This document shows, piece by piece, positions 52,614-64,000 of a stretch of 64,000 nucleotides of DNA; position 1 is the stretch's first letter; each line of letters starts with the position of its first letter. The position numbers and the translations under genes were made by a program. The notes under the pieces are model-generated. The model saw only the letters and a list, made by a program, of their open reading frames with translations, ran no database searches and was not told the origin of the DNA. The stretch comes from Lama guanicoe (lineage: Eukaryota). The stretch spans positions 1,734,711 through 1,798,710 of the forward strand of contig MU054391.1 in assembly GCA_013239625.1 (NCBI GenBank). Direction: 5' to 3'.

Positions 52614-54162
52614 GTAAGTGTTCACTCCTAACTGCTAAAGATGGGACAAACTGGATGATTTGGTAAAAATTAAAATGTCAGTATTGAATAATGGAAGTTT
52701 CATAAAAACAGCATTTTGTAGGGAATGCCTATGAAGGCATGTTGCTCTTGAAGCCAGAAACCGCTGTGCAAGGTTATCCTGCCTGTCAAAGCACACGCGT
52801 CACCAGGATGATGGGAGCCGGTGAGAACGGCCCGAGCCCACATCAGGGAGAGAGTCTCCCGAGACACAGCGTGCGGCCGTTCACTAAGACTTCTCACATC
52901 CCCTTTGTTTTGGGGATTTGGAAAGATGGGTGTCAGGTAAAGTTAGTTTAGGTTACACAGTGTTGAAGCTAACTGTAGTTCTAAAGATCTGCTCCATGCT
53001 CGCAACATTTTTGTTCTTAGTAGACTTTTGAAGGGTCTGCAGGATGGAACCATCCATCACTCCATTCAGATCACTTGGTTCTTAACCAAAAAACCCATTT
53101 CACATGTAAGTTAAAAGAGATCCACCTTTTAATAAGTAACAGAAATCACCAGGTTTGAGCGAGATGGCCTGGTGATATTTAGAATGCAAGATGCTTTTTA
53201 CTTTTTTATTTTATGAATGGACTCTGTGGAGTGTTTCAAAGGTGAGCTGCTTTTAGAGCATCTGCCTGTCTTAGTGATGGTTTTGCTGTTCAGTTCTCCC
53301 CTCTGTGAAAAGGAGATGAGACTCTTTGTCTTAGAGGATTGCTGTGAGGATTGCGGGATGAAGTGGCGGTCACGTGCCCGGGCTGGGTAAGTGCCGGTTC
53401 TCCTCCCCCACGTCTTAAAGAAGTGGGGCCTTTCTGTGTCCTTGAACTCCAGCCCGTGCTCCAGGAAAGGATGCTGAGGGGCTCTGGCATCGACCACAGG
53501 CACCAGCCCACGGGAGTGTTTAGCTGCTTCCTTCGTGTCTGCCCTTTACGACTGTGTGATAAATCAACTCAGATTTATTGCTTACCCACCTTAGATGGTA
53601 ACTTGCCAGGAGCGGGAGGGCAGGTTTCCAACGAGAAAGCAATTCTGGCAGTCACTGAACTTCAGGGCTGCCTTAAAAAAGAGAGAGGAAATGGTGTATG
53701 ATTATCCTCAACACCTGGGTACCTGCAGGCACCCCTCCAGGTGGGGCGAGGAGAGGGGCCACGCAACACTTCTGAGAAGTACCCCCTGAGGTATCTGTTC
53801 AAGCTGGAGTCTCTGTTTCCTCCGTACCTTTCAGTGATTTAAAAAAATAAGATGTTATTATGAGGTAACAATTAGCATTTTAGGACAGGAAGGAAGCTTC
53901 TGGCTTATCTTCTCAAAACTCCCCATTTTCTAGTTGAGGACGCTGTGGTCAGACAGGTTAGGTGACGCTGAGTCGGAGCTGGAGGAGCCCACCAGAGCCC
54001 CCACCTCCCAAAGGCAGCACTAGATTGCCAGGCTCATACCAATGGGACTAGAGTTGCCCAAAGAGTTTTGTAGTTTTCTTTTGGAATTTGCTCTCTTTTC
54101 ATTTAAAAAATCTGATTGTAAAAGTAGTTCTTGCCGAGAAAAATGTCAAAAATGCTGTGCAG

Positions 54163-54185
54163 GATGGTTGGATAAAGATGTGGTG

Positions 54186-54231
<46 letters not shown>

Positions 54232-54682
54232 TCTGGAATACTACTCAGCCACGAAAAAGAATGAAATAGTGCCATTTGCAGCAACGTGGATGGACCTAGA
54301 AATCCTCATACTAAGTGAAATAAGTCAGAGAGAGACAAATACCACACGATATCACTTATACGTGGAATTAAAAAAAAAGGAGACAAATGAACTTATTTAC
54401 AAAACAGAAACAGCCTCAGAGAGAAACTTACAGTTACCAGGGGGAAAATGGGGGAGGGAGGGATAAATTAGGAGTCTGAGATTAGCAGATACAAACTACT
54501 GTATATAAAACAGACAAACAACAAGGACCTACTGTAGAGCACAGGGAACTATATTGGACATTTTGTAATAACCTACAATGAAAAGTAACCTGAAAAAGAG
54601 TATGTGTATACACGTGTGCCTGAATCACCGTGCTGTGCACCAGAAACTAACACAACCTTGCGAATCAGCTACACTTCAATTC
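54163..54682 (+). mobile_element. L1 3' end fragment containing a (CA)n microsatellite (~54187-54227)
   Basis: ggataaagatgtggt(CA)n...ggaatactactcagcc...gccatttgcagcaac...cacagggaactatatt...cacttcaat. Confidence 0.85.
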
Positions 54683-57600
54683 AAGTGTGCCAGGCGGCAA
54701 ACCTCAATGATGAGAGTGAGAACCACAGTCCTGCCTCTCAAACGTCCCATTCTGCATCTCGTCATCGCCATTTCTAGCTGTTTTTCTCTGCGCAGGGAGC
54801 AGAGGTCTGTATGCACAGACACACGTGTACACACACATGCACATCTGCAGAAGTGCAGTCCATCTACATGCACTGTTTTCTTATCTGCGTTCTATTAACT
54901 GTGTCGCGATAGCTTCACATAGTGAAGGACCCCCCTAGGGTCACCGCTTGTCCCACAGTGACTGTGTGGCTGCAGCACATTCCATCATGTCTTTGTCATC
55001 GGTATTCAACCCACTCCTATCCGCAGACCTTATGTCCTCCGGCTTTTTCATCACTGCAGCCGGGCGTTGGGGTGGAACCGCATAGAGCCGTCATGACTGT
55101 TCATGACGTGGAGTTACACACAGCCTCCACCTCTTTAATATTTACCTCCGGGAAGCTTCCAAGAATGTGTATGGCTTCCAGTGGCGACAGGAGTGCCACC
55201 TTGGTGTTGGGGGGCAAGCCGTGTGGCGCACAGTGTGGAGGCTCGGGGTGCTTGATGGTCACCACCGCGCCCCTCTCCTTGGGGGAAGACGTCTCTCCCT
55301 AAGAGTGGCTGGTGACTGTCGTCTTTCATACGTAGTATTTTCACGGACGCGCATCTGTGGTGTAGCCAGCATCGTTAGCCAGCGTTAGACCACCACCAGG
55401 AGCTTTGACCAAAACACGAGATGCGGTCCAGGAAACCTGCTGTTCCCACGAGGGGCCCATCTGAGCACCTGGAGTTCAGAGCCGAGCCCTGCCGTCCCGT
55501 GAGGACAGAGAGCTGCCAGTCCCAGGACGGGGGCCTGTCAGTCGCTCTGGGCTGCCTCGCTCCTGTTACCAGGACTGCTCACCTGACCACGTGCCTCTCC
55601 ATCACCCCTCACTGCTCGCTGCTGCTTACTGCGCCGCAGTTTACCTGCTTTGTGCTTCAGGGGCGGCACCCAGGATTCCGAGCTGATATAATACTGACTG
55701 AGCGAAAAGACTTGTCTTTTGTTGATTGCTGTCTTGGTTTGCGTTGTTCTAGAATAAATGCTCTGACGAGACAGCAGGTGCTAAATGCGTCTGTGTTCTG
55801 CGGGTGAGCCCTCTGTGCTGGCGAATTTACGTGCGGCCCTAGTCACTTGGCTGGGCCTGCAGTGTCCCCACGTCACACCGTGCATCCCGGGGTCATTTCC
55901 GTCCTCATGGCCTTCCCCGTCTTTCCTCTGTCTGAGCGCAGAGTGGGCATGGCTGTTCTCGGCGCACTTGCCTGCCTCTGCTCTCCTCTGGGAAAATGGA
56001 AACATGGGAACCGTGTGAGGGAGAGCGGGTCTTACTCTCTGTCACTTGAAAGTTGAGTAAAGAATTCAGGGAAGTTTAAGTGACGTGGACAGAGTTAGGT
56101 GGCTCGTGGTGACGGAACCTGGACTAAAACCAGGTGTTCTAGAGCTGAATCCAGGCTCCCCCCCCAGGGAAAGCCCCGTTACAGCAGCGCACAACCTATC
56201 TGTATTAAGTGAGTTGCTTCCGTGTAATTCACAGGATTAAACAGTTCAATGAACTATTTCTCTTCTTTTAAAAATATTTATTTACTTAATTAAAGATATT
56301 TTTGCATTTCTTTTTCACTGATGTATAGTCAGTTTGCAATGTGTTTATTAAAATTTTATTTTTAATTGTAGTTGACTTACAATGTTAGTTTCAGGTGTAC
56401 AGCAAAGCAATTCAGTTACGCATACACACACACACACACGTGTTTTCAGACCCTTTTCTGTTGTAGCCCATTACAAGACACGGCGTCTGGTTCCCACTGC
56501 TGTATGGCAGGTCCTTGTTCGTTCTGTGGATTATTTCTGAGGGCTTGTGAGCAGGCCCTGCACAAAGAGCAGCACTGTGTGCCGGGCGGGCAGGCCCCCA
56601 GCGCCAGCTAGCGTGGGCGAGGGGGCCCCGAAGCACATGGGGCACGTGGTCCTCCAGGATTCGTGCAAAGTGCTGAGCCAGTCGAAGCTCCGGAGGACGC
56701 ACTGCAGAAGGGGTCCTGGCCCAGCGCTGTTCCACCTCTTTCCAGCATTTTTTTTTCTTTTTTGTGATTACAAAACCTGCACACAACGGGAATGTCCCTC
56801 CACAGAGGAGGTGGGTGATTGACGACTTGTCATACTGTGATTAGACTTGCAGGGTTTGATCTGAAATAATCCCTCTCAAAATGCTGCTGGGATAAAGTGA
56901 GATGGTGCCGGGCGCACTGCGAGAGCTCGGGAAATGGCTGGTGGTAGCACCCCTGATGCCTTCACGCTGGGGTGGCGCACCCCATCCACTTTGAGTACCA
57001 GGCACACTGTTAGAAACATTAAACGAACTATACTGTAAGCTTTGGCCATGCCCAGATATTCAGTGTTTAAACATTTTATGGAGTTATTTTGCCTTATCTT
57101 GTGATACAGTAACACAGAGTAGACGTACCTAGCTTTTCATAGGGTATTCTTTCACAGAATTTCTGTTTTGGTCGAAATATATTAGTGGGAAAATTGAAGA
57201 AGCTTCTCAAGAGAACTTGACTTGGTGTAGAAATTTACTTAAAATTAATCAGAATAACATAATACAGACTTAACATAGCCACAGAAGTGATTTGTAGAGT
57301 ACTTCAACAGAATGAATTTGGAATTCTGTTTCCTTAAACTGAGGGGTGAGGAAAATTAGACTCGAAGTAAGTGCTCTTGGGATCTTGAGTTTCAGTGACC
57401 GTGTCGTGTTGATTTTAGTGAGAAAAATGTCCTTGGTCTCAGTTTAATTCAAGGACTTCCGTTGCTGCCTCTTAGCGTTTGACTTATAATCTCACATGTG
57501 CAGGTTTAGGCAGGAGTTAGAGGCCCTCCCCGGCGCTTTTCTCTACACTTCTGGGAACAGATGACCCCAGTTCACTATTGTTTTTACCCCGAGGGTCGTT

Positions 57601-57999
57601 GTCCGAATCTGCCGCTTCGGTGGGTTCACCCCGGTAAACGGCACGCTAGCGGTCAGACGGCCACACGCTACTTTAGACCTCACGTGTCTCAAGCTGTCAC
57701 GGAAGAGAAGGAAGTGGCTCACTGAGGTGAATTTTCCAGGGAACTGCAGTTCCCGATGACTCTAAGGAAAAGGATTTAAAAATAAGTTTTAATGTGAACG
57801 TTTACAGGTGTTTTACGTGACTCCCTCTCTGACCGAAAAGCGAGGGGAATGAGATTTACCTCTGTTCGGAGTCACGGGGAGGCGGAGGCCCCTGGGCTGA
57901 CGGAGCCCGCGCCCGGGTCCACCGTGTTCCCGTCCGTGGTCCTGCCCCGGGCCCCGCCTGTTGTCGGGCTGTCCTGAACACGTGTGTTCGGAAGCTTCT

Positions 58000-59140
58000 C
58001 TTTCTGTTAGAAACTGCTGTGTAATTCACGCAGCTCCTCCGAGCGAGGTGTGAGGTGACACCTCACTGTGATTTGGTGCGCGTTTCCCTGATGCAAAACG
58101 AAGAAAATTACTGATGCTGAGCACGTCTCCCTGCACCTCTTGGCTGGTGGTACGTCTTCTTTGGGAAAATGTCTGTTCAGTATTTTGCCCATTTTTAAAC
58201 TAGGGTATTTATTTGTGTGTGTGTGTCTGTTTTTGCTGCTGAGCTGTGTGAGTTCTTTGTTAGTAACCTCTTAGCAGATACACGGTTTGCAAGTGTTTTC
58301 TTTCACTCGGTAGGTTGCCTTTCCATTTTTTTTCTGGTTTCCTTTGCTGAGTGGAAGCTTCTTATGTATGACGTTTGATGCCGTCCCGCTTGCTCAGTTT
58401 TGCTCTTGTTACATTTGCTTTCGGCGTCAAATACCAACAATCACTGCCAAGACCGACGCCAAGATGCCCTATGTGTTCTTCTAGTTTCACGGCTTTGGGT
58501 TTCACCTTCCGGTCTTCAGTCCATTTTGAGTTGACTTCCGTGTGCAGGTCCGTTCTTCTGCATGTGGCTGCCCAGTTTTCCCAGCACCATTTGTTCAAGA
58601 GACCCTGCTTTCCTCATGGTATACTTTTGGATCCTTTGCTGAAAAGTAATCGGCCGTATACCCGTGGGCTTGTTTCTGGACTTTTGGCTCTGTCCCGGTG
58701 ACCTGCTGTCTGTGCACAGCACCGTCAGGTTTGATCACCTAATAGCTTGTATTTATAGATTGTAAATGCCTCCAGCTTTGCTTCTTTGTCAAGAGAGCTT
58801 TGGCTATTCAGGGTCTTTTGTGGGTAGACTGATGATGGGAGAGAATAGGAAGAATTGCTCTGGAGCCGCCCACGAGTGGGTGAGCGAAGATGAGTGGTAG
58901 CAGGTGACTCTGGGGATTTGCATAGTCTGGACATTTTGTCCAAGTAGAATCACACTATTTGGGGCCCTCCGCATGTGCCTACTTAAACTTAGCGTAACGT
59001 TTTTAAGGTTTCCCTGTGTTGTAGCATGTGTTGTCTTTTTATGCCTTTCCGGGGCTGAATAACATCCCACTGTATGAATGCACCGTGTTTAATTCATTCT
59101 GAAGTTGATGGGCATTTAAACCTTTTTCAATTATAGCCAT
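58000..59140 (-). mobile_element. Old L1 ORF2 and 3' UTR fragments
   Basis: - strand ORFs retain ORF2p-like peptides (KILNRHFPKED, NKWCWENW.ATCRR, NSKW). Confidence 0.8.
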
Positions 59141-59149
59141 GCTGGTGGC

Positions 59150-60090
59150 TGTGAACTGGTCCCCTTTCTCATCCTTGAAACCATTTCTTCCCTTGTCATC
59201 TGAAACCCTTCTCTCTTCTCACTCTCTGTGGTTGTTTCGTCTGAATTCTCCGTGTGGAACTACTGTCATTGTCCTTTGTGTGTCCATGTCCCTCCGAGGG
59301 CTGCCCTGGTTCCTCTCCTCCCCCATCTCTTCCGTGGCTTCCACCGTCACCCACGTGCCCAAGACTCGCATGTCTCTCTGACTCAGGACCCACTCCTCTG
59401 TCTACGGGGCACTGTCACCTGGACGTCCCAAGGATACCCGGATTCGGCACGTCAAGTTTGGCGTCTTCCCCAAGCCCAGTCATTATCTGTGTTCCCTGTT
59501 TCAGAGGTTGGAACTGTGCTCTCGGCCCCTCAGACCAGAAACCTAGACGCTATTCCTAGTTCTCACTTCTCCCAGAAGCCCCCCAGCCCCTCCCGGCCCC
59601 CCGTCTACCTCCTCTCAAGTCCACTCGCTTGCTGCTGTCTCTGTTCCTCTTACTCTGTTGAGGACACCAAGAGCTGTTCCTGGAGAGAGGCTCCTGCCTT
59701 CCGGCTGGTCCTCCTGCGTGCAGCCCGGCCCTTTCCAGTCTGATCACATCCGTCCCCTGGTTCAGACCCGCCAAGGCGCGCCCTGCTCCGAGGGGCGGAG
59801 CCTGCGCTGCTGAGCGCGATCCTGTCTTCATCTGCCACTTGCTTTCTTCCTCAGCCTCACCCGGCACCGCTCCCTCTGTGTGCGAGATCCAGTCCGGATG
59901 CGTGTTCCGTTCCCCCCGCTTGTGTCCACGAGGATGGGCCGGGGCCCTCTGACCAGCGCTGTGTGTGCTGTTCCTCCTGCCTCACTGAACGGCTCTTCCC
60001 GTCCTCCACGGCCTGACTCCTTCCTGTAGTTCAGGCCCTGTGCATGCTGGGCTCGCTCCAAGGATACTTGCCGGTGGGTTAGTTGCTTTG
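59150..60090. mobile_element. L2 remnant
   Basis: Pyrimidine-rich L2-like sequence (tccttgaaacc..., tcagaccagaaacctagacgctattc..., tctgatcacatc). Confidence 0.5.
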
Positions 60091-63014
60091 CGTTTTGTGT
60101 TCCCACTTTTTGAGGAAGAGGCGGTGACGACAGCGATGAGGAGAGGGAGAAAGAAACGCGTCAGGGAGCCGTCGGTGATTCAGAATCTTTGGAGAAGATA
60201 AAGCATCTTTCCCGCTAAAGAAAGAAATTGCCGAACTAACAGGGTTTGAAATATAAAAGCTGGAATGGCGTCGCTCTTTGGGCTGCTCTGGTGGGAGTCT
60301 GGGTGGCGCGAGCGCTTGGCTCAGCTGCTGTGACACAACACTGCAGACTCCGGGACGGTCGCTGGTCCCCAGGGCCCAGTCCTGGCGTCGGAAACGAGGG
60401 GCTGCTGGCCTGGCGACCCTGAGCCCTCTGTGCCTCTCCCTCTGGCGAATCCCCACTCCAGGCCCCTCGTGACCGGCTCCGCTGTGTCTCAGAGGGGACA
60501 GCTGACCCGCACATGGACCCCTCCTGCGCATCTCAGTCCAGGAGCGCTCGGAGGGCTGGGCAGGCACGTGCCCCTGCTTCCGTCCTTCTTTCCAGACGGG
60601 GCGAAATCCTAACTATTAGGATTAAAACAGTACTTTACAAAGTGCATGACACCTGATCAGTCAGTTGTAAGACCCTAGTCATGCTGTTTTTTTTTTTAAT
60701 GTCAAAAAAGGCAAAAATTTCCTAAAGATAAAAAATAAAAACTCATCATTACTATGACCACGGGGGCTGAGGAGCCCATTTCCCCAACCGTGTTTTGGGC
60801 ACACTTGCCTGCCCTCCCCCTCGAGGGCCCGTAATGCCGTGTGAAAGCAGGGAGGGGGCTGCAACACTGAGGGTTTGCCCGGATTCGCCACATTTCTGCA
60901 GGTCGTGGTGCTGGGTGGGTGAGGGGTGAGCTCTCATCTGCCTGCCTCCTTCCCGTTATCACGTCGCTGCTCCAGAATAAGGCTGGACATCTTTGGGAAA
61001 GAGCGAAGCTGACTTTTATTTTAATTCACAGCATCACGGAATGGGAATTTGAAGTGACTTTGGAGGTGAGCCAGGGCAACCTTTTCTCAGTGACTGAAAT
61101 GAGAAGTGCAGGGACCACTGCACCTTGTGTGGGCTCCTGCGGTCCGCGGCAGCTGGGCGTCTCTGGACAGTGATCTGTGTAGCCTCGGGCCGAGCACCTG
61201 CGCTGAGCCGGTCAGTGGGACCGCCTGCGCGCGCTCACCTTCCTGGCGCTGTGAGCACCGGACCCTGATGGACACTGTTTATGACGAGGTTCTCTCCTTG
61301 GTGTCGGTGCCTGACCAGGACTTCTCTTGACGTGAGATTCTTCTTGTGTGATGTGTGATGTTTTGCGTGAAAAAGGCCGTGAGGAGGGCCCCTGAGGGCA
61401 GTTGGAGCAGGATGATGAGGTGCAAAGAGCAGGGACTTCGGAGCAACAACAAGAATCACCAGGACTGCTATCGAGTGGGCTCCGGGCTCACCGCCGAGCC
61501 CCGGCAGCGCGTCCCTCGCCTGTGTTCCTCACGTCAGAAGCAGACCCGTGGGACACGCACCCCCTTCCTCCGCACTGCATGCTTGAGCGAGCGGAGGCTC
61601 GGGGAGGTGAGACGACCGGATCCAGGTCACGTGGTGAGAAGGTGGCGGAGTCTGTACCGGAATCGAGGTGGCTGAAAACAGGCTCCTAAATGCTGTGCTG
61701 GCGTAGGTTCAAATCCCCATTTTGCTAAAAACTGCAGTGAAATGTTTTGTGATGACTTATTGTGACCAAGACACTTCAGAGCTGTGTGTTCCTGGGAAGG
61801 TTACATACCCTCTCTGATTCTTTGTCACCTGGATGTTTTGCCTGGCTGCTTTGAGGGTTAGGTATGAATGTCTGGAAAGGTGTGAGTGCAGGGCCTGAAA
61901 CACAGCAGACATTCAACAAACCGTAGGTGCTACTTGGGGAAACACAGCTTCGGTAGCCTCGAGTGTCTTCCATCACGGATGCAAACTTGGTTCAGTTACC
62001 CTGGACCCTTACGAAAGACCTCCAGGGCCCACTGCGTCCTGCCTCTCGGGACAGGTGAGTGACACGGGTCTTTGAAACTGTCATCACCACCACACAGTGA
62101 CAGAAAACCGTGTTTGCCTGAAACTTCTGAGGCGATTATCGTGTGGAGGACGGGGGAGCGTCGAGAGTCGTGTCTGTAATTGCTGGCGTTACCTAATTAG
62201 GCAGGTGTTATCGGGGTTAATGAGTCATTAACACATGGAAAAGCAGTCAGTTCATTGTTTCTGCAATTTTATGCTATCAAGCAGAAAGCGTTTCTTAGGG
62301 CAGCTGCACCTTAGCAGAATTCTGCAGAGGATAATTTCTGTTGTTGTGTTTCCAATAGGTCTGTAAGTTCGTGGTGGCCGTTGTTATTCATGGCACTGAT
62401 TTTGTCCCTGTCCGTCCAAGGCGTGTACGAGTTTGTATATAGCGTGACTACGGGGTAACGGGGCGTGTGGGTGTGGATTGCCAGGCTTCAGTGACATCAC
62501 CTTTTCTGGGGACCTTTCCAGAGTATCAGAGCCGTTTTTCACTTGTCGTCACTCAGGCGCTCACCATTCATTCATTCATATTCATGAAATACTTACCAGT
62601 CCTGCTCTCGGGGCCACTCATGGTTCACGGCCCGGGGACACCTCACTGAACAGGACAAGCACGGTCCCTGCTCTCAGGAGGCTGCCGGTCTGCAAGGAGG
62701 AGTCAGTAACAAGCAAATAAATCAGCACAGAAATGTCAGGCAGTGCTAGTGCCGGGGTGGAAGTAACTCAAGGTGTGTGGTCGTCAGGGCCGGCCTCCCG
62801 GAGGAGCTGGCGTCTGAGCTGTGCAGAGACCGGGGGGCACATGCCGGGGCGAGCGCCTGTGGGAACAAGGGAGGGAGGAGAGGGGAGGGCAGAGAAGCAG
62901 GGGTGCCACCCCCACCTTTGCTTAGGTTTGGAGCAGTGCTGTGTATACGGGTGGTGTTTAACAGGTGTGTGCAGGCTGGAGCTGAGTCCTCAGGCGTACT
63001 GTTTCTCTTTTCAG

Positions 63015-63091
63015 ATCAAACCGGTGGTGCACTGCAACATCAACGTGCCTTCCAGGTGGCAGACGGTTCACCGTCCGTCCCGACAAATAAA
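63015..63091 (+). CDS. DCDC2C: DCDC2C exon 3 (77 bp): IKPVVHCNINVPSRWQTVHRPSRQI(N/K); gene continues beyond the window
   Basis: tttctcttttcag acceptor, gtgagt donor, phase 0/2. IKPVVH..INV.SRW resembles the DCDC2-family linker. Confidence 0.9.
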
Positions 63092-63160
63092 GTGAGTACC
63101 AGCCGCCACTTCTCTGAGCGCCTTACAGACGTCACCCCTCCCCTCTTCCCCCCCTCCCCT

Positions 63161-63219
63161 NNNNNNNNNNNNNNNNNNNNNNNNNNNNNNNNNNNNNNNN
63201 NNNNNNNNNNNNNNNNNNN
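63161..63219. other. Assembly gap (N run) inside a C/T-rich low-complexity tract
   Basis: Ns flanked by cccctcccct-type repeats. Confidence 0.98.
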
Positions 63220-64000
63220 CCCTCCCCTCTCTTCCCCCCTCCTCTCCCTCCCTCTGAGGCTGTTCCTTCCCTTCTTCCCTGTGATCCGGCCTTTCAGGGG
63301 CTGCAGATTCTTCCTCTCTTGAACCTTGGTTTTGGAAAAGCAATCTGATTGCCCCCCCGCAGTTCACCGTTCACGTGGGGGCGGCGGAAGCACACAGTGT
63401 AGCCTTGGCTTTTAATTGATTTTTGGTAATCTGGTCACTGCAGCTGCTGCAGGTGGAAAGGAAACGTAGAAGTTAGGTTCCCACCGCGAGCTCTCACTGC
63501 CAAAGCCCTGTGGGGACACACCCTCGGCAGGGCCCCCCAGGACCGGGGTGCCTGGATTCCTGGCTGCTCCAGGGAGCTGCTGGCATGGAGGGGCAGTGCA
63601 GCCTGTCTGTCCAGGTTAATCGGGACCACTTTGTGGGCCCACCTGCCGTACATTTGGGGTTGCAGAAGGAGAACATACTTGACCCAGACAAAGCGCTGGT
63701 TCAAATCCCGCCTTTCACTTTGTTGGCTCTGTGACTGGCACATACACCCTCTCTCCGAACTGGCATCCTCGTTTGTAACAGGAAGGTGACATCCGCCAGC
63801 AAGGATGGAGAAGGCTCAGTGGGGCCGCTCCCAGGAAGCCCTGCCCAGTGCTCGTCAAGGGCGGCCGTTCCCCCAAATCCTTCTTGTGTGGTGGTGTTCT
63901 GATACTTTAGGGATGACATCCCTGACATGACGTTACCCGGCTCTGCTCCCAGTGGGAGGAATTTCAGTGACTTTTCGGGGTCGTGGGCTCCGTGTCCGAG

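Noticed and set aside
60252..60259. Consensus TATA box (TATAAAAG) in DCDC2C intron 2
   Set aside because: Isolated 8-mer with no convincing downstream exon or ORF. Such a match is expected by chance in 64 kb.

Overview
Mammalian genomic DNA, GC-rich, most likely camelid (inferred from repeated tRNA-Ala-derived vic-1-like SINEs). It carries the conserved + strand gene order COLEC11 - ALLC - DCDC2C. The window holds the last four coding exons of COLEC11 (collectin-11), all 11 coding exons of an intact 412-aa allantoicase (ALLC), and the first three coding exons of DCDC2C. All exons were mapped by hand to AG/GT boundaries with consistent phases. The rest is intronic or intergenic DNA rich in L1, L2, MIR, MaLR/ERV LTRs and SINEs. 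I found no clearly new biological system. The best observations are: (1) a cryptic U6 snRNA chimeric retrogene with a strong AT-to-GC substitution bias; (2) ALLC is intact but has E-to-Q in the first DGWETRR motif and ends in a PTS1-like -RSNL; (3) a candidate internal ALLC promoter with an in-frame alternative first exon; (4) COLEC11 lacks a canonical poly(A) signal and has a stop-free, in-frame last intron; (5) a strong-context overlapping uORF at DCDC2C; (6) an ERV solo LTR with tandem STAT-type motifs; (7) a palindromic homeodomain/AP-1 motif cluster. Repeat names and ortholog comparisons come from recalled consensus sequences, not database searches.
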